Below the pieces are notes generated by a model. That model was not told the DNA's origin, made no database searches, and saw only the letters and a list, made by a program, of their open reading frames with translations. Position numbers and translations under genes: made by a program. Of a stretch of DNA of 64,000 bases, positions 1-9,798 are shown piece by piece (position 1 is the first letter of the stretch; every line of letters begins with the position of its first letter). This stretch comes from Longimicrobiales bacterium (GTDB taxonomy: Bacteria > Gemmatimonadota > Gemmatimonadetes > Longimicrobiales > Gaopeijiaceae): NCBI GenBank assembly GCA_965249725.1, contig CBDFMQ010000002.1, positions 2,592,001 to 2,656,000 on the forward strand, given 5' to 3'.

Positions 1-116
1 AAGGGCGTTCAGGACCCTCGCAGCCCGATCCCGGTAGAAGCTCGATGCCTGATCGGGCATGTGGGTCCCTCGCTGGCCCAGATCCCGTTGGTCGTCCTGA
101 GCCCGTGAGGTGTCGA

Positions 117-1292
117 ATGAGATTTCACTCCCCCCGACTGATCTCTCTGGTACTCCTCCTCTCGTCGATCCCCTTCCCCGGCGAGAGCCAGTCCCAGGGC
201 CCGCTCTTCAGCGAGGACTTCGAGGACGGCCTAGGTGCGTGGTTCTTCCCGAACGGTTCCGGTGAGCAGTTGATCGACTCCGGTGACCCCGGTCACGGCA
301 CAGTACTCAGCCTGAAGACCCGGGATCGAGTTGCGCTCGCCCTCATTCGCGGAAGTGACCGTTGGGAGTCGGTTCGACTGGAGGGCGAGGTCTTCTTCCC
401 TGAGGACGTACACAACTACCTGGGCTTCGTCTACCGCTACAGCGAGATGAACGGACGGAAGGACTTCGGCAGCCTCTACATCAAGGGCAACGGCAGCTAC
501 ATCAGGGTGAACCCCCACCAGGATCTCAACGTCGGACGGACGTTGTTTGAGGAGTTCCGAACGCCACTGACCGGAGAGGCGGCCATCGAGATCGGGGGCT
601 GGCAGCGATTCGCGCTCGAAGTGGTGGGTGGCGAGGCACAACTTTACGTCGGGGACATGCGAACGCCTCAGATCACGTTCCCCTACTGGGAGACGGATCG
701 AGGAGCGTTCGGCTTCAAACCGCGCAATCCGGGAGGCGCGGTCTGGGTAGATGCGTTGCGAGTGAACGCGATCGACGGGTTCACTTATCAAGGACCACCG
801 ATACCCGATCACGACTACGACACCTCGGGCCTCGTAGTCCGCTGGGACGTGCTCGGTCCGCTGACCAAGTTCCACCCAGAAGTGGAGATGCTGCGCTTCG
901 ATGCCGGTCTCACCCTCCAAGACGGAGATCGCACGGTCCGCTGGCGCCCCTTCGAGACCGATCCGCGGGGCGCCGTGTTGACCGGCACGATCACGGATCA
1001 CGAAGGACCGCGGCGGGTGGCCTACTTCCACGCAGTCGTGACGTCGGACCGTGAGCGGGACGTGCCGCTAGGCCTGAGCAACGTGGACGACCTGACGATG
1101 TGGCTCAACAACCAGACCCTGGGTTTCGTAGCTCGCCAACGGATGGCGTGGTGGGACTTTCGGACCAACGAGGACCATCGGATCGGCTCGGAGACCGTCC
1201 ACTTGGTAGAGGGGGAGAACCACGTGTTGATCCGCGTCGTCGGGGGCACCTACGCGACCGGGGGGTTCTTCCTGAGTCTCGCAGGGAATTGA
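117..1292 (+). CDS. Secreted protein: concanavalin/DUF1080-like beta-sandwich plus C-terminal jelly-roll domain
   Basis: Signal peptide after ATG 117; motifs 'LFSEDFEDG', 'GWQRFALEV', 'VWVDALRV'; C-terminal 'DDLTMWLN...GENHVLIRV'. Confidence 0.55.
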   Translation: MRFHSPRLISLVLLLSSIPFPGESQSQGPLFSEDFEDGLGAWFFPNGSGEQLIDSGDPGHGTVLSLKTRDRVALALIRGSDRWESVRLEGEVFFPEDVHNYLGFVYRYSEMNGRKDFGSLYIKGNGSYIRVNPHQDLNVGRTLFEEFRTPLTGEAAIEIGGWQRFALEVVGGEAQLYVGDMRTPQITFPYWETDRGAFGFKPRNPGGAVWVDALRVNAIDGFTYQGPPIPDHDYDTSGLVVRWDVLGPLTKFHPEVEMLRFDAGLTLQDGDRTVRWRPFETDPRGAVLTGTITDHEGPRRVAYFHAVVTSDRERDVPLGLSNVDDLTMWLNNQTLGFVARQRMAWWDFRTNEDHRIGSETVHLVEGENHVLIRVVGGTYATGGFFLSLAGN

Positions 1293-1375
1293 GGGATCGG
1301 GTCGTTCTGACGGCCGGTCTGGGCACAGCCCGGGCCACGCTCTTTCGTTCACAGCCGTCGGGCGTCCGACTGCTT

Positions 1376-2518
1376 CTACCGGCCCAGCCAGACACCGGTG
1401 GACGGGACGAACGTGGCCCACGCGTACCAGAACGCCACGTACGAGTTGGCGACCTGGACGAGTTGCTGCCCCTCCAGCCCACCCGAGGTCGCACGTCCGT
1501 CGAGCGTCCACTCGCTTCCGGTCTGAACGTCGACGTACCGTCCTTCTGAGAGCTCGAAGTCGAGAGCCTGGCCTGCGAGCGCGGATTCGAAGGCCACCGC
1601 GGCTTTTGAGTCGCGGTCCCAGAAGACGACGATCTCCCGACCTTCAGCCCGGGAGTGGACCACGTCCCGGTTCCCCTCCGAGTCGAGTGCGTTGAAGGGG
1701 AACGCCACGCCGCCGCCATCCGCAAATGGTATCCCCAGGACTCGCTCCTTGGGCGGGCGTCGGCCATCGAGATCGCCCTGCGGGAACAGCGTCTCGGCGT
1801 TGGTCAGGCTCTCGTAGTCCCCATACGGATATTCCTGGTAGTTGCGGTTGAGGCCGCTGTCGATCGCGATGACCTTCGTATCCGGATGGAGCGACAGCCA
1901 GGCGTCCCATCGCATCTCGACGGCTGGCACCATGTCCAGCATCTGCCCGTCGCGAGGCCCACACCGCGCGCCGCGCATCATCTGAGGCCAGAGCGACCGC
2001 TCCGCATCAGGCTCGTAGGGGTTGCCGTCGGGGTCCGACCTTTCCGTGCGGTCGTACAGGATCAGATTGTTCTGGAGAAGCAGCCCCGACACCCCGAACT
2101 CGGCTCCGTCCGCTGCGGTACGGTCGAAGACCATGCTCGATCCCGTGAGGGGGCAGTAGGTCACCGCGATCGGAATCGAGAAATCACTGAAGTTCACGAT
2201 TTCGTGCCACCACAAGATGTTGTGGGGAATCGCGAGGTAGATTCCGTCGATCGCGATGCCGATTACCCGATCCCACGTACGGACGTAGGTCGCTGCGGGG
2301 TGATCGCCGCTCACCAGATCGGGGTCGGACAAGGCCGCAATCCCGTCGATGGGGACGCCGCCCGACACAATCTGGCCTTCCGGGATGCTACACGTGCCGT
2401 CTTCTTCGCGCTCGAGCTTCGGGAAGGCCTCGGCCACGGGGGACTCGCCACACGCCAGCGTCATCACTACCACGGCGAGGACTTCGGCTCCCAACGTGGT
2501 CCTCAGGCGTTGTCGCAT
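1376..2518 (-). CDS. DUF3179 family lipoprotein
   Basis: Lipobox LAC; SGGVPIDGIAAL, WHEIVN, YCPLTGS, FGVSGLL, FWYAW motifs. Confidence 0.85.
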   Translation of the reverse strand: MRQRLRTTLGAEVLAVVVMTLACGESPVAEAFPKLEREEDGTCSIPEGQIVSGGVPIDGIAALSDPDLVSGDHPAATYVRTWDRVIGIAIDGIYLAIPHNILWWHEIVNFSDFSIPIAVTYCPLTGSSMVFDRTAADGAEFGVSGLLLQNNLILYDRTERSDPDGNPYEPDAERSLWPQMMRGARCGPRDGQMLDMVPAVEMRWDAWLSLHPDTKVIAIDSGLNRNYQEYPYGDYESLTNAETLFPQGDLDGRRPPKERVLGIPFADGGGVAFPFNALDSEGNRDVVHSRAEGREIVVFWDRDSKAAVAFESALAGQALDFELSEGRYVDVQTGSEWTLDGRATSGGLEGQQLVQVANSYVAFWYAWATFVPSTGVWLGR

Positions 2519-2595
2519 TCCCCACCGTCCCGTCGTGCTCGGTCCTTCCGTTGGCCATCACGCTGAGCAACTCGTCGGGGGGGTGTGAGAGTTCC

Positions 2596-2715
2596 CGCAT
2601 CGCTCACAAACTCAACGACAGACCTCGTAAACGACTCGGCTTCTTCACCCCTAAGGAGTGTTATGAAGAAAAACTATGAGCCCCTTGCATGTTGCACTTC
2701 AAAGTTGAACTCAAG
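2596..2715 (+). mobile_element. IS30-family remnant (transposase C-terminus plus right end)
   Basis: Translates RIAHKLNDRPRKRLGFFTPKECYEEKL*, then GTTGCACTTCAAAGTTGAACTCAAG; homologous to 9166-9285. Confidence 0.85.
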
Positions 2716-2738
2716 AAGCCCAGAAGCACCTGTCTGGC

Positions 2739-3254
2739 CTAGGGTGAGGTCGCACCCTTCCATTTCTTGGCGAGTCGCACCCAGCGGACAGCCATCGACC
2801 GTGAGTAGGTCATCTGTTCCCCAGGATAGATTTCAGCTAACTCCGCGGACTCGTGCTCGGAGGCCCACGCAGTCAGCGGTATCATCGCCTCCGACAACGA
2901 GACCTTGCCCCACGTCACCTCGTGGAGCTGGCGGGATATGAGGCCGGTGGGGGACAAAGTGAAGACCGAGCGGAATGCGAGGCGCCCAACTCCGACTAGG
3001 TCGAGGAAGTCGTTACCCTCCGAGCCCTGAATCGTGACCGTACGGAGCGATTCCTCGACAAGTTGCCACTCCAATCGGCCGTTCGCGCCCACATCCCACT
3101 CTAGCGCGGTCGCCGCCTGACCCTTCGCCAAAGTGAATCCGGCTCCGGCGAACTCCAGTTCGAACTCCGGCGCGAGGCACGCCAAGGCCTCTTGAAGGGA
3201 GTGATCGCCTAGGTGCCCGAGGTATGCGCCAACGATCTCCGCCCCGTCACCCAT
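2739..3254 (-). CDS. Hypothetical protein, NTF2/SnoaL-like (gene cassette)
   Basis: 171 aa ORF with GGAGG RBS starting ~25 bp after the GTTAGAA core of the attC-like site. Confidence 0.6.
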   Translation of the reverse strand: MGDGAEIVGAYLGHLGDHSLQEALACLAPEFELEFAGAGFTLAKGQAATALEWDVGANGRLEWQLVEESLRTVTIQGSEGNDFLDLVGVGRLAFRSVFTLSPTGLISRQLHEVTWGKVSLSEAMIPLTAWASEHESAELAEIYPGEQMTYSRSMAVRWVRLAKKWKGATSP

Positions 3255-3279
3255 CCTCTTCCTCCCCGTCTGCTGGGCT

Positions 3280-3448
3280 TTCTAACGGATTGCGATTCAC
3301 CTCACTGCGTTCGGTGGTCTCGGCGTAGAGCAAACCGATCTTCGAAATCAGTACGGCGCCTCGGCTCTGCTACGCAGCTAAGATGGTGACCGCAAGCGAA
3401 GCGCGCGAGCGGGATGCCTACCGCGACAGTAGCAATCGCTTGTTAGAT
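3280..3448 (-). repeat. attC-like recombination site 1 (complete, 169 bp)
   Basis: Minus strand ATCTAAC-AAGCGATTGC ... GAATCGC-AATCC-GTTAGAA: R''/R' cores and an L''/L' pair with an unpaired G; internally palindromic. Confidence 0.8.
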
Positions 3449-3737
3449 GTTGCTGCCGAATAGGTGGGGAGATTCGGCTTCCGGTAGCTGGCTGAAGCGA
3501 GGACCCAATGTGCCGCCGCTGAACGCCGCGCCGAAGCCGCCTAGGCCCATCAAAGATCGCCAGGAGACTCAGGCTCCACAATGCGACCCGGGCCAACGCC
3601 TGATCGGGAGCCCGAGTCGGGCCGCCCCCTTGCGGGTCGGCGTGCCCACATGCTCACTTGAGTGTTGGCGGGCACAGCTTCTCAAGGAGTGAGGCTGGGG
3701 TCGCAGTGCTGCCGCCCCTTTCCAGGAGGCCGAAGAC

Positions 3738-4463
3738 ATGCGCTTCATGAGAGTCGTATCCGCCGGTGCCTTTGCCTTGGTGCTCGGCTGTTCCGGGACC
3801 GATACACCGATCGAATACCTGGACGCCGTGACTGCCGATCCGAACCACTACTCGGTCGAGTTCGAGAACGACGCCGCGCGCCTCATCCGCATCACCTACG
3901 GGCCAGGCGAGTCTTCGGTCATGCATCGGCACCCGCCGAACTGCGCGATCTTCCTTCACGATCAGCCGGCGACGATGGAGTCCCCGGACGGCGAGGTGAC
4001 GGAGGCGCAGGCGACCGACGCGGGGACGGTGAATTGCACCGAAGGCGAGGTCCACCTGCCGACCAACGCCGGTGATGGTGAGCTTGAACTCATTCTCGTC
4101 GAATTCGAAGACGCTGGGATGGCCGCTTCCGACGAGATGCCGGATGCGCCCCACGCGGTCACGGCCGACCCCGATCACTATTCGGTCGAGTTCGAGAACG
4201 AAGCAGTGCGGGTCGTCCGGGTCCGCTACGGCGCTGGCGAAACGTCGATCATGCACCACCATCCCGCGTATTGCGCGGTCATCATCCAAGAACAGCCGGT
4301 CACGTTCGAGCTTCCCGACGGCTCCGTGGAGGATGCGCCGGAAGGCGAGCTCGGAACGTTGAACTGCGTCGACGCCGGAATGCACTCGCCGACGAACAAT
4401 GGCCAGGGCGAGCTCGATGCCATTCTCATCGAATTCAAGGGGCGCGCCACGCGGGCTGGCTGA
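3738..4463 (+). CDS. Lipoprotein with two tandem cupin-like domains
   Basis: AGGAGG RBS; lipobox VLGC; duplicated AVTADPxHYSVEFEN...HxHP...H..TN units. Confidence 0.75.
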   Translation: MRFMRVVSAGAFALVLGCSGTDTPIEYLDAVTADPNHYSVEFENDAARLIRITYGPGESSVMHRHPPNCAIFLHDQPATMESPDGEVTEAQATDAGTVNCTEGEVHLPTNAGDGELELILVEFEDAGMAASDEMPDAPHAVTADPDHYSVEFENEAVRVVRVRYGAGETSIMHHHPAYCAVIIQEQPVTFELPDGSVEDAPEGELGTLNCVDAGMHSPTNNGQGELDAILIEFKGRATRAG

Positions 4464-4693
4464 GAGTTCGCCGAGCGATCCGCGGACGGGACGCGACGCC
4501 TCGGTGGACCGCGCTCGGTGCGAGAGTGTCTCGTGCTCGACAGCGCCCACCGGACGCGCTGGCGACATCTAACGGATTGCGATTCACCTCACTGCGTTCG
4601 GTGGTCTCGGCGTAGAGCAAACCGATCTTCGAAATCAGTACGGCGCCTCGGCTCGGAGCCTGTCAACGCCAGTGAGACACTCTTGGGAATTAA

Positions 4694-5701
4694 TTAGAGA
4701 GCAATCTCCTGTGTCGTGAGGGAGGGGGTTGGAGGATTGATCCAGACGGCCTCCGGGAGCGGTTTGGGCTTCGGCTCACCGGAGACGAAGCGGTCGGGAT
4801 GAGCGGCCCAGGCCTCGCGTAGCACGGCCTGCCTGCCGGCGATGACCTGATCTGCATTCCCGAAGTGGACCTGTTCGGGGGTCAGCATCGAGATACCACC
4901 ATGGCGGTGCTCGGCGTTGTACCAGCGGAAGAACGAGCGACAGAAGGTTTTGGCCTGGCCCTGATCCTCGAACCGTCCAGGAAACGAGGGATGGTACTTC
5001 AAGGTCTTGAACTGGGCTTCGGAGAACGGATTGTCATCCGACACCTGAGGTCGGCTCAGCGAGCGGGTCACCCCGAGATCGGCGAGGAGCTGAGCCGTGC
5101 ATTGGCTCGTCATCGGAGCTCCTCGATCCGAGTGCAAGGTCAGGACCTGGGGCTGGACGCCATGCTTCAGGCAACTCTGCTGGATCAGGCGCCCGGCCAA
5201 GGCCGAGCTCTCCCGATCCGCCACCATCCATCCCACGATGTAGCGGCTGAAGATGTCCATGATAACGTAGAGGTAGAAGTAGCTCCACTTCCTCGGCCCC
5301 AGCAGCCGTGTGATATCCCAGGACCAGACCTGGCCCGGGCCCGTCGCCATCAACTCGGGTTTCTGGTATTCGGGATGACTCCGCTGCGCTCGGCGCTCTC
5401 GAACTGGCACTTGGGAGGCCAGAACGCGATACATCGTACGTTCGCTGCACAGGTAGACGTCTTCGTCGAGCAGGGTCGCCACAACCTCGGCCGGGGACCG
5501 GTCCACGAATCGCTCCGAACACAGCGTGTCGAAGACCTTGTCTCGTTCCTTCTCGCTCAAGGCACGGGCTGGGGTCGGGCGGGGCTGCTGATGCCCGGTC
5601 GATGGCCTCCGACGACGATAGAACGTGGCTCGGGCGACCCTGAGCGCATCGCACGCGGGCTTTACCCCTACGTACGTGGCCAGCGCCTCGGCCGCCTTCA
5701 C
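4694..5701 (-). CDS. IS3-family transposase OrfB (DDE integrase core)
   Basis: WSWDIT, HSDRG, NPFSEAQFKTLK motifs; GTG start overlaps the orfA stop (GTGA). Confidence 0.9.
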   Translation of the reverse strand: MKAAEALATYVGVKPACDALRVARATFYRRRRPSTGHQQPRPTPARALSEKERDKVFDTLCSERFVDRSPAEVVATLLDEDVYLCSERTMYRVLASQVPVRERRAQRSHPEYQKPELMATGPGQVWSWDITRLLGPRKWSYFYLYVIMDIFSRYIVGWMVADRESSALAGRLIQQSCLKHGVQPQVLTLHSDRGAPMTSQCTAQLLADLGVTRSLSRPQVSDDNPFSEAQFKTLKYHPSFPGRFEDQGQAKTFCRSFFRWYNAEHRHGGISMLTPEQVHFGNADQVIAGRQAVLREAWAAHPDRFVSGEPKPKPLPEAVWINPPTPSLTTQEIAL

Positions 5702-6150
5702 GAGTTCGTCCCGTCCTTGAGGCTCAATCCCAGCAGCCCTGCAACTTTTCCCTGGACGTCGAGGATCAGGCGCGCCTTCTCGAGTTCCTTCTCCAGGCGA
5801 GTGTTCTCGCGCTCCAGCTTGCGCACTTTCCCCTCCAGCGGATTCCGTTCGCTCGGCTTTCGACCTCGTCTCTTCGACAGCGCTCTCAGCGACCCACTCC
5901 GCACCGCCTTGCGCCATGTCGTCAGGTGCGACGAGTACAAGCCCTCCCGTCGCAGGAGTCGCCCTACCTCTCCCGGCTCCGTGCACCGGTCCGCTTCTTC
6001 GACGACCCGCAGCTTGTACGACGGACTAAACCGTCGGCGCGTCGGCTTATCTACCACCTCCGCGTCCGGAGCAGCTGCCGCGCTTCGCTTACCCTCCCAG
6101 GTTAGTGGGGCGATTCCATTCTCTTCCATTCTCTCTCGGTGTCTCAGCAT
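5698..6150 (-). CDS. IS3-family transposase OrfA (HTH plus coiled coil)
   Basis: RRRFSPSYKLRVVEEAD...LLRREGLYSSHLTTWR; C-terminal leucine-zipper-like segment. Confidence 0.9.
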   Translation of the reverse strand: MLRHRERMEENGIAPLTWEGKRSAAAAPDAEVVDKPTRRRFSPSYKLRVVEEADRCTEPGEVGRLLRREGLYSSHLTTWRKAVRSGSLRALSKRRGRKPSERNPLEGKVRKLERENTRLEKELEKARLILDVQGKVAGLLGLSLKDGTNS

Positions 6151-6425
6151 CCTCGGTTTCTCTGCCTTCGCCCTACTCTAATTCTTTACTCGTTCCGTGT
6201 CTCACCTAAGTTGGCAGAGAGGGGCTCTGCTGCGCGACCAAGATGCCGACCGCAAGCGAAGCGGGCGAGCCAGATGCTCGTCGCGACTGCAGCAATCGCT
6301 TGTTAGACCGAAACGATGCCACCATCTGAATGACCTGCAGAGTCGACGCCCCTGCGTCCGCCTACTAACAGCATATGCGGTTGTGTTCGAATCAGTGCTG
6401 AGGCGAAAGCGTGGATCCCTCCGAG

Positions 6426-8735
6426 CTAACCCCCGGGCCGCCCCTGGTAACGGTCGAGCCAGCCCAGGGTCTCGCGGATCAGCACGTCGCGCGGGACGAA
6501 GTGACTCCCGAGCGTGACCACCCAATTCTTGTCCTGCTCTGGGGTGCCGACGAGCTCGAAATACCGTCGCGACCGTTTCGATAGGGCGTCGAACTCGCCG
6601 GTCAGCAATAGGAGCGGTACCTCGACCCTGGGAAGCGCGTTGATCGGATCGATCTCGGGTGTCGTGCCCAGGTCTATGAGGGGGCCCACGGAGATGATCG
6701 CGGAACGGAGGCGGGGCTCCTGCGCCAGGGCCGTGGGGCCATTCAAGCCTCCCCAGCTGTAGCCGTGGTACGCGACGGATCGGTTATCGATGTCGCGACG
6801 CGTCTCGAGGTAGTCCAGCGTGCGGCGTAGATCCTTGACGCCCGCGATCGTGTTGTCCCGGTACGCCGTCGTGTTGAGGTCGGGCATTCCCGTGCCGTCG
6901 CCCCGCTCGAAGCTCCCGAGATAGACGGGAAAGGCAACGGCCCGTCCGCTCTTGAGGAGGAAGTCGGCCTTCTTTGCGAAGTATTCGTCCACGGATTCGA
7001 GAACGAACGTGTCCCAGCCCGGCCAATACACGACTGTTCGGAACGGAGGCGACCCGATCGTAGGCAGATACAGGTAGAGCACCATTGGCTCGCCGTCGTA
7101 GCCGGGATCGAAGGTGACCCGCTCCCGGGTCCAACTCCGCGAGTGCACCGGCTCGTCCGAGACGACGTTGAGCGGCCCCCGGTCGTAGTCGAAATGCCCT
7201 CCCCACGCGGCGTATACCTGGTCCGACACCGGCTCTCGCATGATCGCCGGGGACGCGTCTTGGGCCTCGCTGACAGGAGCGCGTACGCGCGACGCCACCT
7301 CTGACTCCTCGTCGGTCATGGCGAGCCGGAAGCCGTTTCCCGGGGCCCGGTCCAGCGGAGGGGCCGCGGGGCTAACCTCTCCGACGATGTAGTACGGATC
7401 GTTCCAGCTGCCGCCGAGGACGACATACTGATCGCCGAGCTGTGTGGCCGTCCATTCCCGCACGTTACCGGCCATGTCGAAGGCGCCCGTGTAGCTCATG
7501 GCGCGGCTATCCAGGACGGACCGGGCCCCGGCACCGTCGAAATTGCTGGCGGGCAGGAGCCACGGGAGCGTCGCTATGGCGAGGCCGCGCCGCCAATGAT
7601 GCGCGGTCGGGAGCTCCTCGCCGACGAATCGGGCGTATGCGGCCGCCTCGTACCAGCTGACGCCGGAGACGGGGAAGTCGTCCTCGCCCACCGCATAGTC
7701 CCCGGCCTCCCACGTGCTGGGGCCAGGCTGAAGGGTGCGATCCGTGAACAGAGTTCGCTCCTCGTCCCACGGAACGGTGTCCCCATCGACGACGACCGGA
7801 TCCCACAGGGACGACCGCTGATAGCCGCCCGCATCGACGAATTCCTTGAACTTCGCGTTCGTGACCTCGTACCGGTCGAGAAAGTAGTCCCGAAGAAGGA
7901 GGGACTCGCCCTCGAGGTTCAGGCGCCAGCCGGCGACGCGGACCTTCCCATCGGACAGCGTCTCCTCCGTATCGAGCGCGAACGTCTCCGGACCCACCAG
8001 CAGCCCGAGTCCACGGTTCGCTGATTGCGTCGCCAGCGTCCCCCAGTTGACGTGCCCGCCCCCGACGGTGCGGTTCAACGGACGGTAGCCGTCGAGTTCG
8101 AGACGGAGGCGGGATAGGCCGTAGGGGAAGTGGATGTCCTCGAGCGGTGTCCTACCCAGGACCACCCACTCGTCTTCCGGACGATCGAAGGGTTGGTATG
8201 AGACGATCGCTCCAGCCGGATCGGATCCGATCGTCGTTCGCCACGCCAGACGAGGCCATAGCTCCCCGAGCTCGGGCGCTTCCGGAAGCCGAGCCTCCGC
8301 CTCCCTTGTGAGCGCGTACGCTCCGTGCCAATCCGCCACCGCCAGACGCGCATCGATGTCCGGCAGCGCGACGCGCTCCAGCCACTCTCGATCCGGGTCC
8401 CGCACGAGGAACGAATAGGAGGCCGCGCCGAGCAGCGCGGCCACGAGGGCGGTCGCCGCGTAGCTCACGAATCGAGGTGCGGCGGGCGCGGGCCCCTCCG
8501 AGACCGTGGGCCGTTCGCGCGCGATCCCCTCCGGGGTGAGCTCGTAGGCCCAGGCGAGGAAGACGGCCAAAAAGAACCCGAGCCCGAGCAGCACGATGAC
8601 CAGGCTGTCCGTCCACGCCGGGAGGTTGAGCGGCTCCTCGACCGTCGTGATGACCTCTAGCAGCCCCCAGGCGACGACCGCATACGCGACCGCGACCCGG
8701 ACGACCTTCCGCCGCCTCAATTCGCGCCAAATCAA
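6426..8735 (-). CDS. Membrane-anchored FGE-sulfatase (SUMF1-type) domain plus alpha/beta hydrolase fusion
   Basis: TTG start behind GGAGA; ELRRRKVVRVAVAY TM module; YEVTN, PVSGVSWYEAAAY, DMAGNVREW, GFR; nucleophile motif GYSWGG. Confidence 0.8.
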   Translation of the reverse strand: MIWRELRRRKVVRVAVAYAVVAWGLLEVITTVEEPLNLPAWTDSLVIVLLGLGFFLAVFLAWAYELTPEGIARERPTVSEGPAPAAPRFVSYAATALVAALLGAASYSFLVRDPDREWLERVALPDIDARLAVADWHGAYALTREAEARLPEAPELGELWPRLAWRTTIGSDPAGAIVSYQPFDRPEDEWVVLGRTPLEDIHFPYGLSRLRLELDGYRPLNRTVGGGHVNWGTLATQSANRGLGLLVGPETFALDTEETLSDGKVRVAGWRLNLEGESLLLRDYFLDRYEVTNAKFKEFVDAGGYQRSSLWDPVVVDGDTVPWDEERTLFTDRTLQPGPSTWEAGDYAVGEDDFPVSGVSWYEAAAYARFVGEELPTAHHWRRGLAIATLPWLLPASNFDGAGARSVLDSRAMSYTGAFDMAGNVREWTATQLGDQYVVLGGSWNDPYYIVGEVSPAAPPLDRAPGNGFRLAMTDEESEVASRVRAPVSEAQDASPAIMREPVSDQVYAAWGGHFDYDRGPLNVVSDEPVHSRSWTRERVTFDPGYDGEPMVLYLYLPTIGSPPFRTVVYWPGWDTFVLESVDEYFAKKADFLLKSGRAVAFPVYLGSFERGDGTGMPDLNTTAYRDNTIAGVKDLRRTLDYLETRRDIDNRSVAYHGYSWGGLNGPTALAQEPRLRSAIISVGPLIDLGTTPEIDPINALPRVEVPLLLLTGEFDALSKRSRRYFELVGTPEQDKNWVVTLGSHFVPRDVLIRETLGWLDRYQGRPGG

Positions 8736-8937
8736 GGTTCCAGTCTCCCAGCGTGAGAAACGCCATCCGTTCCCGGAACCGAACCTAGGCAAGATAGGCG
8801 GTCCAAGGACCGCCACAAGCGGCGCGCGTGGACAGGGAAGATGGTCGGGCCGCGTCCACCGGAATAGCCTCGGTCTTCGCCCAGCACGGTGCCCGCCCTC
8901 GAACTCTCCTGCCCGACGTGCGTTGTCTCCCTGATCC

Positions 8938-9285
8938 GTCGCTCTCATCAAGAACGCTCACCGCACTGTCCGTACCATCACGGTCGACAACGGTACCGAG
9001 TTCCACGGCTACAAAACCATCGAGGCCGCCACCGTCTTTCGCTTCTACTTCGCTACGCCCTATCACTCCTGGGAACGCGGAACCAGCGAGAACACCAACG
9101 GGCTCATCCGTCAGTATCTACCGAAGCGCCAGAGCATGGCTCACCTCACTCAGCGCCACTGCAATCGCATCGCTCGCAAACTCAACTCCCGACCCCGCAA
9201 ACGACTCGGGTTCCTCACCCCAAAGGAGTGTTATGAAACAAAACTATGAGCCCCTTGCGTGTTGCACTTCAAACTTGATCTCAGG
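8938..9285 (+). mobile_element. IS30-family remnant (5'-truncated transposase plus right end)
   Basis: Translates ...TITVDNGTEF...FYFATPYHSWERGTSENTNGLIRQYLPK...LNSRPRKRLGFLTP; ends GTTGCACTTCAAACTTGATCTCAGG. Confidence 0.9.
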
Positions 9286-9348
9286 CGGCTCGCGTGAGTT
9301 CGCGTCTCGGCTAGTTTAGGTTTCTGGCTCCTCTCGGGAGATAGTGCC

Positions 9349-9798
9349 ATGGCAGAAAGTCGATATCCAGTGCCCGATACTGGAATCCTCGTCACACATC
9401 TTGTCGTTGCCGAGGACGTCGCAACCACGAGCGGCTTCTATTCTCAGGTACTCGGCGGTGAGATCGTCCATGAGGGCCGAGGCTCCCCCACCTTCGTGCG
9501 GCTCGCCAACACCTGGATCATCGTGACCGAGGGGGGTTCCGGAACTCCCGACAAGCCGGATGTCGTCCTCGCCGTACCTAGCGACTTGAGTCGATTCGAC
9601 GCGTTCCTCAACATCCGCGTTGCGGACATTGAGGAAACGTATCGGGAGTGGACTGCGAGGGGCGCCGAGTTCATCACTCCACCCCTCGACAATCACGGCT
9701 ACGAGAAGCGGTGCTACGTTCGCGACCCGGACGGACGGATCATCGAGGTAGGGCAGCACACCGGAATGTTGGCAGTCTTCGGGATCGAAAGCGACTGA
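9349..9798 (+). CDS. VOC/glyoxalase family protein
   Basis: HLVVAEDV...FYSQVLG, LNIRVADI, YVRDPDGRIIEV. Confidence 0.85.
   Translation: MAESRYPVPDTGILVTHLVVAEDVATTSGFYSQVLGGEIVHEGRGSPTFVRLANTWIIVTEGGSGTPDKPDVVLAVPSDLSRFDAFLNIRVADIEETYREWTARGAEFITPPLDNHGYEKRCYVRDPDGRIIEVGQHTGMLAVFGIESD

Larger units (their letters stand above)
4655..6222 (-). mobile_element. IS3-family-like insertion sequence, apparently intact
   Basis: IRs TGTCAACGCCAGTGAGACAC (4661) and TGCCAACTTAGGTGAGACAC (6216, reverse); GGCTC repeated at 4650-4654 and 6223-6227; orfA plus DDE orfB. Confidence 0.9.
4567..6308 (-). repeat. attC-like site 2, split by an IS (halves 4567-4654 and 6228-6308)
   Basis: Rejoined halves give 169 bp colinear with site 1; cores GTCTAAC and GTTAGAT on the minus strand. 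Confidence 0.8.

Noticed and set aside
1376..2518. Selenocysteine readthrough in DUF3179
   Set aside because: Both paralogs are open, with Cys codons and no in-frame TGA
5702..5986. N-terminal extension of OrfB
   Set aside because: Alternative frame over orfA; GTGA coupling explains the start
8736..8951. N-terminal extension of the 841-aa ORF
   Set aside because: Runs into the IS30 remnant; RBS and TM module point to TTG 8735
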